DNA of 64,000 nucleotides from Psammoneis japonica (taxonomy: Eukaryota). Position numbers and translations under genes: made by a program. Within the stretch, counting starts at the first letter, position 1. Every line of letters starts with the position of its first letter. Location of the stretch: assembly GCA_008632985.1 (NCBI GenBank), contig QPGO01000056.1, positions 1 to 64,000 on the forward strand, given 5' to 3'. Under the pieces are notes generated by a model, which was not told the DNA's origin, did no database searches, and worked only from the letters and a program-made list of their open reading frames with translations. Below, in pieces: positions 25,865 through 35,817 of this stretch.

Positions 25865-27690
25865 TGATGACAAGCCAAAAGCACCATTGCTCTTTCAACG
25901 AAACAACAAGGACTGACAGTCAAGGCCAATGCCACACCGCTTGAACGTTTAGTCGATTGATTGCAGCGTCAACAATTTCGCTGAATATATTTCATTCCTA
26001 AACGCGCAAAGCTTCCCCAACAATAAAAATTCTGGTCCGTCCCTTGTGACCAGTCTTGACGTAGAGAGGCTGCCATGGATTCGCTGCTCGGGTTCCGCTT
26101 TTATCAACAAACTGGCTCCGCTAAACCAAACACTCACACCAAGGGTAGAACCGGTTGTAAAGACCGTGCATTAGAGAAGTGACATTGAATCTTTCCATCA
26201 AATGTCTCGGGAAGAATAGGAGTAATGCGTCAATGGGGAGAGCTGCCGCAAAAAGAATCGCTGCAACCACAAAGACTGCACCCCACCAGATGGCTAGCAC
26301 AAGAAAGACTGGAATGCTCTTGATCATCAAAACAAGAACAGGGGCACAAACGTACTTGTAACGATGCATGAAGCTTGTTGAGAAAAAGTCGAGTTTACAA
26401 CTTTGCTTCATAACTTGGTTCATAATGGAACAAATACTGATCGACGCCAGGCCGCCGAAACAATTGTACTTGTGCGCGAGCACCCAAAAAAGATTCTTCC
26501 AATGATGGGGAAAGTCCACTGCAGCAATCGCAACGATGGCCTCGGATATCTCAGCTTGGACTGGAGGAGAAGCTCTACAAAGGAGGTCCACTATGTTCGC
26601 CCTGATGAACTCGCGGTCGTCTGGTGGAATCACAATGCCATCCGATTTGTCCTTTTAAAAATGATTCGACAAAATACGAGGCGTTACAAAAAATAACGAC
26701 GTTTGTAGTTAAGCTAATTCGCATCAACACCATTGTCTTACCTCGCGGTTTTCATCCCATGCAACCGCGACAATACATCTGAAGAGGTTCGCTGCGGCGT
26801 GACGAATAGCAGCGTCTTGAACGTTTTCAACAACATCAAAGATGTTTCTGGTGAAACGTGGGCACTTGAGACACTTTGAGTATTATTCAAAAAGTAAGAG
26901 ACAGGAAAAAGATGTTAGAAGTAACCTAGCAATGCGATGATTCATACAAAGTTGTCGTTTTAGCGGTCGAATTGCTCATTGGCGTCCACACCACGTGCCC
27001 AATGTTGACTGCGTCGCTCCAGCAGAAGCATACTCACCATGGGAAAATTCAAATCAGTTAGTATCGTGTTGTCATTGTTTGTCTCGGGTTGATCAGTGCT
27101 GATTTGCTTTGACGCCATGGTGCAATGCCAACACGAGGATCTCGATGTCGGTCGTGTCGAAGTCCGCTTTGAGCTTGGCGCGCGTCGAAACATCGCGGTT
27201 CGCAGTGCGCCCGGAACTCGCGAAACCACAGGAGAAAAAAAGGACCACTCATGCAAACGCCAGTTCATCACGAAAATTGACTTGTTCAGATGAGACACAC
27301 TTCCAAGAAGGGGCGGGGGGCAGTTGGAGGAAGAGTTGGTCGGAATGTGTGAAGAACGTAGAACCTAAAGTACGGATCCACCAAAATACTACGATTTTTG
27401 ATGATTGATGTACAGCCACGGCGCTGTATCCATCCAACATGCTGACGAGGATCAAGATTGCTTCTTAATAAGCATCAATTACTAAATGAAATGTCATTGA
27501 CTACCTTGCCATTATTTGTTCAATCTTTCTGCGGGAGATCAGTCGTCGGGAAAATTACACGAAACTCATCCGCGCAAAAATTAACACGGACGTCCAGCGT
27601 GGTATGCCTGCTGTACAAACGAGTTTCTTGTGTGAATCAATCACTTTGAGACTCTCTGGCATGCATCGGCACCAGAAGCCCTCGATCGGC
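25865..27690. repeat. Segmental duplication, homologous to ~29992-32485 (CSE1-fragment gene plus RraA locus)
   Basis: Colinear from tgatgacaa(g/a)ccaaaagcacca through the CSE1-like gene and promoter to ggcatgcatc...cacca(g/a)aagccc. This copy lacks the RraA CDS. Confidence 0.85.
26121..27118 (-). CDS. Truncated CSE1 N-terminal paralog 2 with C-terminal transmembrane-like segment, ~247 aa
   Basis: Predicted exons 27118-27038, 26873-26742 and 26651-26121 (744 nt, in frame). IRHAAANLFRCIVAVAWDENRE|DKSDGIVIPPDDREFIRANIV...DFPHHW, then VLVLMIKSIPVFLVLAIWWGAVFVVAAILFAAALPIDALLLFF. Confidence 0.8.
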
Positions 27691-28087
27691 ACATTCAACG
27701 CCCGATGACGGATGCGAAAAGCGAGAAGCGCAAGGATGACCTTGAGTTTCGGGGAGCCCGTTTTAACCATCGACACGCTTTGTGTCGGAAGACACAGGCT
27801 CTACCAGCTAGAGCGATAATCTAGCGTCTCTTTATGGCAAACATCACACTCCGACCGTCCATCAAGAGCAACGATTCATCCCGAGCAAAGCGCAACAATC
27901 ATGGTGATTGCAGATGCACAAGTCCCGCGCCCTATAACCAGCTACTGTAGGTGGCGTGCCATTGCTGGAGTTGATTCGAATTCCCTTTCTCTCTCTTACC
28001 CTCACCCCGAACAAAACGATCACGAACGCACCCGTTTAGCCTAAATACGAAACCGTGTTCTGCCAACTCGATGCAACACCCCTGCTG

Positions 28088-29463
28088 TCACGTTCCATCC
28101 CTTGGTTCCAGAGTCGAAGGAAACGGAGACATGGTTGGTGCCTCCTACGTAACGGTCGGAGCCGACGAGGGTGCATTTTCGCAACATTGAATGGCAAACT
28201 CTTGAGCAAAGCTGCAATCAAATTCACCCTCGGGATTGTTGGCGGTGAATTCAATCTCCCCACAATCAATATCAAACTCATCCAAGACAATTGTGAGATT
28301 GGAAATGGGTACAATATCCGTGCCTTCGCAAATGCGACAAGCGTCTTGATTGGCAATGGGATTGTCGCAGCCGCAAAAGACACCCGCGGTGCGTTGAAAT
28401 GCGGGACAAATATCATTTGTGGAATCGAGAAAATACGCCAATCCCGCCCAGTCCAAACAGGTTCGATTAAAGGTGACTTCTTCTGATAGCTTTTCAATCG
28501 CCACAGCCGACCCATCCTCACAAAGGTCACAAAATTGTATACCCGAGGTACAACCGCAATTTTTGACACCGGCATACCGAACCGCATCACATTGATCCGG
28601 TTCCAATGTTCCCGTAGCTGCCAACTGTTGAAGCTCGTAGCAATTGAGCGTGCCATATCCGGCTTGTCCTGCTAAAGCTGGAGCTTCCCACGAGTCTCGT
28701 GGAATTAATAATTCGTCCAAATTTTGCTGCAAACACAAGCCAGTACAAGGAGTGTCAAGGAAACCGTCGGAACGGGTGGAAGAATGCAACCACAAAGTGT
28801 AATGATATCCTCAAACACACCCTTGTTTTCTTGGCAAGTCGTATCGTCTGCAAACAATGTAAATTGCCGTTCCACTTCACCGCACGTGTACTCGTCTTGC
28901 GGAATAAAATCCGGCGCAAATCCCTCCAAGATTCGATCGGAAAAGGGTGTCGAATTGCCCGTTCCGCACAAACCACACGAAACATCGTCAATCGAAACAC
29001 TAGCACAGCCACAATAAAAGCGATATTGCTCAATATCGGTACAAAGAGCTCCATCTTGACTGGCTGTTTCTTGTAATTCGAAACACGTAACTGGAGTTTC
29101 ATCACCCTCTCGGTAAATCGTTCGATTGGGAAACAAGAGATTGTCGCCACTCGTGCATATTGAACATGCCTTGGGAGTCGCTGTAGAACTATTATTATCG
29201 GTGCTGGGAGAAGGTGTGGTGATTGGAATTCCCGTTGGTGGGCGTAGCGTAGTCGTGGTGGGTCGCATCGTGGTTGGAACAAGAGACGGCGACGCTGCAA
29301 TTGTGGTCGGTTGAGTTGTTGTACTTGCTGGTGTAGACGTATCCTCATCATTACTGTCACTATTGTTTCGATTGGCAAAGGAAACTGCCGTGGTGATGAT
29401 TCCCGCCAACAAAAACATACTTCCCAACGCCAGCAAAATAGTGAGTGTGCTCAAATTCTTCAT
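28088..29463 (-). CDS. Secreted/surface protein: signal or anchor peptide, Pro/Thr-rich stalk, five diatom-type Cys-rich repeats
   Basis: ORFs 28705..29463 and 28145..28795 join by one frameshift near 28770. Five repeats of CxxC...TC...C...CGC. Hydrophobic N-terminus MKNLSTLTILLALGSMFLLAGII. In-frame TAG at 28145 followed by 18 more PT-type codons to TGA at 28088. Confidence 0.8.
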
Positions 29464-30086
29464 AATGATTTATTGTTTGATTATGGAATGCACATGCAAT
29501 GAAACGTAATAGAGAGTGTGTCGTGTGCTTTTTCTTGTTCCAAAAGAGCGTGTACCGTATTTGTTTGATCATGGCCGTGTGATCGTGTCAAAAATTTCGA
29601 ATGCGAGAGGCGATGGGTGGACGGATGATTTTCCGTTGAAGGTTGAACGGCAATTCTGATTTGTGTTTGATGATGAGATTTCTTCAACAGCGAAATGTCT
29701 ATTGAAGTGTGCGACTTCGCGCGAACAGAGAGCTTGGCGAGGTCCGCCCAAATCCATCCTGACAATCTCGAAATCTGACCAACTATGAGCCTCGTACTAC
29801 GGTAACTATATGACGTTGTTTTTCATGCAAAACGTCGTTCTCGTTCAGAGTAGAATACTGCCTGAAAGTTTCTCGGAGTGTCAGCTTCACGAGCTTGAAC
29901 AAAGAATGTGAAGGCATCCAACTGCGAAATGTGTGCTTTTTCTGCACTCCTCCCCATCTTTTCGGTCAAATTTATTCTGCCAAAGTGAATGTGATGACAA
30001 ACCAAAAGCACCAGCACTCAAAATACAAGAAAGAATGACAGTCAAGGCTAATGTTTTACTTCTTGACCGTTTAGTTGATTCCAACA

Positions 30087-31176
30087 TCAACTGTTTCGTC
30101 CCTTGCGACCAGTCTTGAGTCTTGATGGAAGAAAGGCTGCCATGGACGGGGCCTTGGGTTCACTTTTTGTCATCGGACTGGATCCGCTAAACCAATAGCC
30201 AAACGAAGGGTAGAACCGATTGCACAGGCCGCGCATTAGAGCCATGACATTGAATCTTCCCATCAAACGTCTCGGGAAGAAATGGAGCACTGCGTCAACC
30301 GGGAGAGCCGCCACACAAATAATAGCTGTTACCGCCAAGCCTAGAACACACACGATGGCTACCACAAAAAAGACTAGAACATTCTTGATCATCAAAACAA
30401 GACTGGGTGCCAAAATGTACTTGAAACGAAACATGAAGCTTGTTGAGAAAACATCAATTTCGTACTTTCGTTTGGCAATTCCTTTCAAAATGTCGCAAAT
30501 GCTGTCCCGCGTCAGGCCATCGAGAGGATTAGCCTTTCGCGCGAGCACCCAATAAAGATTCTTCCAACGCTTGGGAAAATCCACTACAGCAATAGACACA
30601 ATGGCCTCGGATATCTCAGCTTGGACTGGAGGAGGAGCTCTAAAAAGGAGTTCCACTATGTTCGCCTTGATGAACTCGCGGTCGTCTGGTGGAATCACAA
30701 TACCATCCGATTTGTCCTTAAATGATTCGAGAAAGCACGAGGCGTTACAATTAACGCCATAATGATATTTTCAGTTCAAGCTACTTTGTATCAACAACAT
30801 TGTCTTACCTCGCGGTTTTCATCCCATGCAACCCGGACAATACATTTGAAAGACTCGCTGCGAGTTTACGCTCAGCAGCTTCGTGCGAGTTTGCAACAAG
30901 TCAAAGAGGTTTCTGGTGAAACGTGGGCACTTTTGTACCTTTGAGTATCATTTTTAAAAAGTAAGAGACAGGAAACGAATGTTAGAAGTAATCCAGCAAT
31001 GCGATGATTCGTACGAAAAGGCCGTTGTATCGGTCTCGTTGCTCATTCACTTACGTGCCAATGCCGGCTGCGTCGCTCCAACACAAGCACACTCACCAAG
31101 TCGACATTCACATCGGATAATATCGTGTTGTTGCTGTTTGTCCGGGTTGGCCAGTGCTGATCTTCTGCGACGCCAT
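30087..31176 (-). CDS. Truncated CSE1 N-terminal paralog 3 (close duplicate of paralog 2; 1-nt frameshifts in exons 1-2, pseudogene or assembly error)
   Basis: MASQKISTGQP... start. WDENRE|gtaag intron retained. Last exon 30087..30716 reads IPPDDREFIKANIV...DFPKRW plus the hydrophobic VFFVVAIVCVLGLAVTAIICVAALP. Confidence 0.7.
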
Positions 31177-31550
31177 GGTGCAAGTGTCGTTACAACATGG
31201 TCGAAGTGTGTCGATGGCTCGGTGGAATTTGAATTGCATGCGCGCGTAAAAACATCGCGGCGCGCGGAATTCGAATCCAAAGAAGACCATACATTGGTAG
31301 CAAACGCGCCAATGCCAGTTGATCATGATAGTCGTAATACCGGTATTCTTGTTCAGATTGAGCAACCCTTCCAGGGCGGGTCGCGGGGTAGTTGGAGGGA
31401 GGGCTGGTCAAAATAATGTGTGAAGCACGTGGCACCTAAAGTACGCGATCATCGATGGTTGATGTACACGGCGCTTCATCCATCCAACACGCCGACGATG
31501 ATCAAGATTGCTTCTTAATAAGCATCAACTTCTAGATGCCATATCATTGA

Positions 31551-32311
31551 CTATGCGTTGTCGGAATCGTTTACCCCATTCAATTGTAGAGCCGATTCTT
31601 TCCCGCTTTTGAGAGCATCCAAGTGCTCCGCATAGTTTGTCATGGAGTGCAGACTGTGGCCGTTGGATATACCAACCATAATGTTGTCTTCCATGGCCTG
31701 GATGTATTGCGCTGTATCCAAAATTTGCTCAAAGGTAGCGGCGGACGCCACAACAATTCCATCATCATCTCCTACCAGTATGTCGCCCGGAGACACTTGG
31801 ACGCCACCGCATTCAATATCAACTTGCGATTCTCCTAGCGACTGAACAGTTCCAGAGTAGGGCTGACAGAGCGTGAAAAGCACCAAACTCCATTATTTTG
31901 CAAAGAAGAAACATCTCGCATGGGTCCATCAATCACAATTCCCGCCAGTCCTTTTCGGGCCGCTTCACTCGCAAACAGACCTCCAGCCACAGCTCTTGTC
32001 GAATCGAGTGTATTCGCCACCAAAATTTCGTCAGCCTCTGCTTTGTCGAGGGCTTGAAGAACCGGGAAAAAGTCATTGGGTGTCTTGAATTGAACGGTTC
32101 GTGCTACTCCAACCATGACTTTGTCCGGGCTGGAATTGAGAGGTTTTAGACCCTGCAACACGCGGAGGCCGTTGTAGTCCGTTTCTTGCTTGCCACGCAG
32201 TGACTTGTCCGCGTCACAAAGACAAGCTGTATCTAAACAACGAAGCTTCTCCATCAAATCAGATGTGGTTTCGGTCGACACGTTTCGTGCCGTTTGTGAC
32301 CTTGCCATCAT
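31551..32311 (-). CDS. RraA-family protein / HMG-CHA aldolase-like (one frameshift near 31860)
   Basis: LDTACLCDA...VGVARTV...AVAGGL...GLAGIVIDGPMRDV...FSRSVSP continues as YSGT...DIECGGVQVSPGDILVGDDDGIVV. A single C is missing in a C run. Confidence 0.85.
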
Positions 32312-32505
32312 TATTATTGTTCAATCTTTTGCGAGAGATGAGTCGTCGGGAAAATAACTCGAAACTCATCCGCACAAAAATAAACAGAACGTCTAGCGTG
32401 GGTATGCCTGCTGTACAATTGTTTCTTTTGTGAATCAGTCAGTTTGACACTCTCAGGCATGCATCAACACCAAAAGCCCCTTGACATCGCGGCACATTTG
32501 CGACG

Positions 32506-33532
32506 ATGAGCGATGACGACAGTACCGTAGGAGAGGCGGAGCGTTATCACACCACAAAATCCAGTCCCGTCCGCGATCACTTGTGGCGGGCAGACATGCT
32601 GAGTACAAAATGTGTAGAAACGTACTGTACAGACAGACGGAATTCTACAAGTACGACTCAATTTTCGACGAGGACAAGTGGCAGTTCAGAGTGGCGATCG
32701 TCGATCGTGCAAAGTTATCAAAGACCTGTGACGGCGACACAAGTTTCAAAGTAGATAGTTTTCAAGAAGAGACAACATGTCGGAATGGTTACAGAAGCGA
32801 AGGAAGCGGAGCAACAAGCGAAAGGCTGGTGGACCGGTGGGGACCGAGGCTGTGGCTCTCGAGCAAATGGAACACAACAAGCGCAATTTCGGGTATCCTG
32901 AAGAAGGCTTTGAGACCCCGATAGAATACACCCTTTTGTATTCCATGATTAAGGAGGGTCCCAAGACGTATCCTGCAGAACTCGTGATGGAGCAGATTAA
33001 AGACGAAGGTTTTCGACAGTACATGTACGTAAAAAGGAGTAAATTCGAAAAGGAAGACGGGCAACCCCGAGGCTCGTATGGACAACTCAGTGCTATTCTG
33101 GCATTGTCTTCGGTTCATTGGCCACCAAAGGAGGAATCTGGGGACAACCAAAATGAAGACAATGTTGGTAAAGTGTTGTGCAAGCAGTTGTTGAAATGCA
33201 TAGTTCGGTATGCCGAGAAAAATGATTTGGACCGAGAAACAGAATTGCAACAATTCTTCCAGCCCGTCGAAACCTACTCTATCAAACGTGAAAACAAGGC
33301 GGCACTGAAAAATATCATGCCAATGTACATTGGATATACCGCTACCATCTTGACTGCTAATCCTATTCCACTATTGGTGGGTGTATCCATGACTGTCGGT
33401 GATAAAAATCAGTTGAAAGCAGCCAATGAGAGGTCAAACGTTAATTCCTTTGCGGTCGAATCGGATCGCCGAGCGAATCCAGAAAAGACGTCTTTGTTGG
33501 ATGAAGGAGAAGACTTGTATGAATCAGATTAG
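32506..33532 (+). CDS. Hypothetical protein (three overlapping frames, probably one gene)
   Basis: MSDDDSTVGEAE... (32506) continues into frame 32583..32924 and then 32777..33532. C-terminal hydrophobic stretch YIGYTATILTANPIPLLVGV. Confidence 0.6.
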
Positions 33533-34020
33533 AATGTTGCAATGTGTCCTGAATGGAGGCTCTAGCTTGGGATCCCATGTGTAAAAGAAGCCCTTCCAAC
33601 AGCCTTCCCTGCTTGTTTGAATTGCGCAACTAAGCCCAGGCAACGCTTTTGTACGAGGAGAAATCAAAGGCGAAAAGACAGCATTCAATCTATGCGAAAT
33701 GTGTTTCTTCCATCAGATTGGAGCTGGTCAGCTTGAGACCACCAGAGTGGAGAGGACCAATGACGCCCGTGAAAGTACATGGTGTATGTAAAGTAGAGCT
33801 TGTACGAATCTGATTAGAATGTTGCAATGTGCCCTGAAAGGAGGCTCTAGCTTGGGCTCCCATGTGTAAAAGAAGCACTTCCAACAGCCTTCCTGCACCA
33901 GGAGAAATTAATGGCAAAAAGGCAGCGTTCAATCTACGTGAAATGTGTTTCTTCCATCGCATCAGATGGAAATTAGTCTGAAGTCAGCTTTGAGACCGAC
34001 AGAGTGGAGAGGACCAACGA
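33511..34020. repeat. Imperfect tandem duplication of the gene 3' end and downstream flank
   Basis: cttgta(t/c)gaatc(a/t)gattagaatgttgcaatgtg...gagtggagaggaccaa at ~33511-33760 and ~33797-34017. Confidence 0.85.
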
Positions 34021-34261
34021 GACGAGTGAAACTAAAGTAGAGATTTTCATTTTTTCTTCTTCCGGGCGATAACAGCACAAAACTTTATCCAAAATCTGCC
34101 TAAAATCGACTGATTTTGGAAAGTCGCGCGAGAACAACTTCGAAACATCCAACATTGAACATCCAACCATCCAACATGACAGAAGATTGTTGGCACTCGC
34201 GACAGTGTCTGTTTGATGTTGTCTGTTGACCTTGCTTTACTATTTTAAGTAAGGCAGCAAG

Positions 34262-35578
34262 ATGGCATCCACTGGAAGTCAGCTGCTGCTTCCTCGCGTT
34301 GCCTTTTATGCATCCGGTGCAGTCGCATTAGGTACTTCTGGTATCTTGTTTCGTGATCTTACCGACTTTTCGCAATGGGTGATCAAGCCCAATCGCAACG
34401 TCATAATGGAGACCTATCATAATCGACATGCACTCATGAAAGCGAGTGTTGCAGGTATTACCATCAACACCGCAGTCTTCTTTATGAAACAAGCCGTCGT
34501 CCCTTCCAAATATGTGTGGGCCGGAATCAATGTTGCTTCGTTCGGTATGCTCTTTTCGGGATATTGGAATCCCGAACTCATGATGCGTGCCCGCAATCAC
34601 AATGCGCTCTACGTAAGCACTTGCCAAGCAGCAAAAATCCTCAAGCCACAAGAGTTTGCTATATGCACACAATTGGAACAAGACCAAGAGCCGGTTTGCT
34701 TTCCAGAATCGCAAATCATGCGTCCTCATGTGGCGCGTGTCGGCACGACGCGAGACGGTACGCCCGCTGCCATTGCCTATTGTGCCTTGACGGGAACCGG
34801 GATTGTCTATGAAACACCCAACCTCCCGGACGGTACTCCTCGCGAGTTTGAGCCTCTGACGCAATTGGAAAACAATCTCGTTTTGATTGATAAGGCGACT
34901 GGTCATATTGGGCATCAAATCAATGGATTGGATGAAACCAAGCTCTTGGAAGCTCTCGGTGAAGAGTCGTATGAAAAGGTTGGGCGTCGACTTTCTGAAA
35001 AGAAGCTTGAAGAACTTGGTGTTGCTCCTGCCAAGGAAGTGGCGACGTGGCGCATGCCTGTCGGTACGTTTGTGACCACCTTTCCACACGGCAAAGTATT
35101 CATCAATGACTACAAGGAGTATCCCGATATCAAGAAACCGGTTCGGACCATTTACGACAAGCTCATGGATTTGATATTTGCCGTTGCCATTGGTTATCAC
35201 AACAAGAGCCCCAATCCAATCTTTCCTACCGTGGAATTGAAAGACACTCGACTAGATGCAAAGACTCGAGTATGGGGATTCAATGTTGGTGATGCCTATG
35301 TGGCAGTGACAGAGGACTTTGTCAAGCAGGGCAAAAACGGCACTCGCAACATGACGGTAGGAGGTACGCCAATAGTTGCAAGTTATGACTCTGCTACAGA
35401 ATCTTTGGGCATTTGGATTCGTCCTTCCATGAGAGCAATTACAAAGACTGTGGACATTCAAGGACGAGTGGATGGCAACGACGCAGTCACGTTGGAACGC
35501 CTCAACACTGTCAAGAATGGCCTCTTTTGGTTCTCGTGGCAGAACTTCTTTCCACAAACGGATTTGAATCCAAAGTAA
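34262..35578 (+). CDS. DUF3179-family protein, intronless, 438 aa
   Basis: AIAYCALTGTGIVY, LENNLVLIDKATGHIGHQING and C-terminal FWFSWQNFFPQT are typical DUF3179 motifs. Hydrophobic N-terminal helices. Confidence 0.8.
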   Translation: MASTGSQLLLPRVAFYASGAVALGTSGILFRDLTDFSQWVIKPNRNVIMETYHNRHALMKASVAGITINTAVFFMKQAVVPSKYVWAGINVASFGMLFSGYWNPELMMRARNHNALYVSTCQAAKILKPQEFAICTQLEQDQEPVCFPESQIMRPHVARVGTTRDGTPAAIAYCALTGTGIVYETPNLPDGTPREFEPLTQLENNLVLIDKATGHIGHQINGLDETKLLEALGEESYEKVGRRLSEKKLEELGVAPAKEVATWRMPVGTFVTTFPHGKVFINDYKEYPDIKKPVRTIYDKLMDLIFAVAIGYHNKSPNPIFPTVELKDTRLDAKTRVWGFNVGDAYVAVTEDFVKQGKNGTRNMTVGGTPIVASYDSATESLGIWIRPSMRAITKTVDIQGRVDGNDAVTLERLNTVKNGLFWFSWQNFFPQTDLNPK

Positions 35579-35817
35579 TAGAAACGGGATGCATACGCTT
35601 CCGTTGAAGTGTGCATTAAGAACGAGCGAGTAAAACGTAGAGTTGTCGTTCTGACAGTAAAAGGGATGGGCTGCATAATGCTCTCAACATTATGAAACTA
35701 GTCCGTGCGCTAAGAACAAACTTTTTAAGGCAACACTGCGCAATTATTAATCATGTTATCTACATTCAGTCTATGTTGCCATCTCCTAAATAAAGAATTG
35801 CCATACATCACGAGCGA

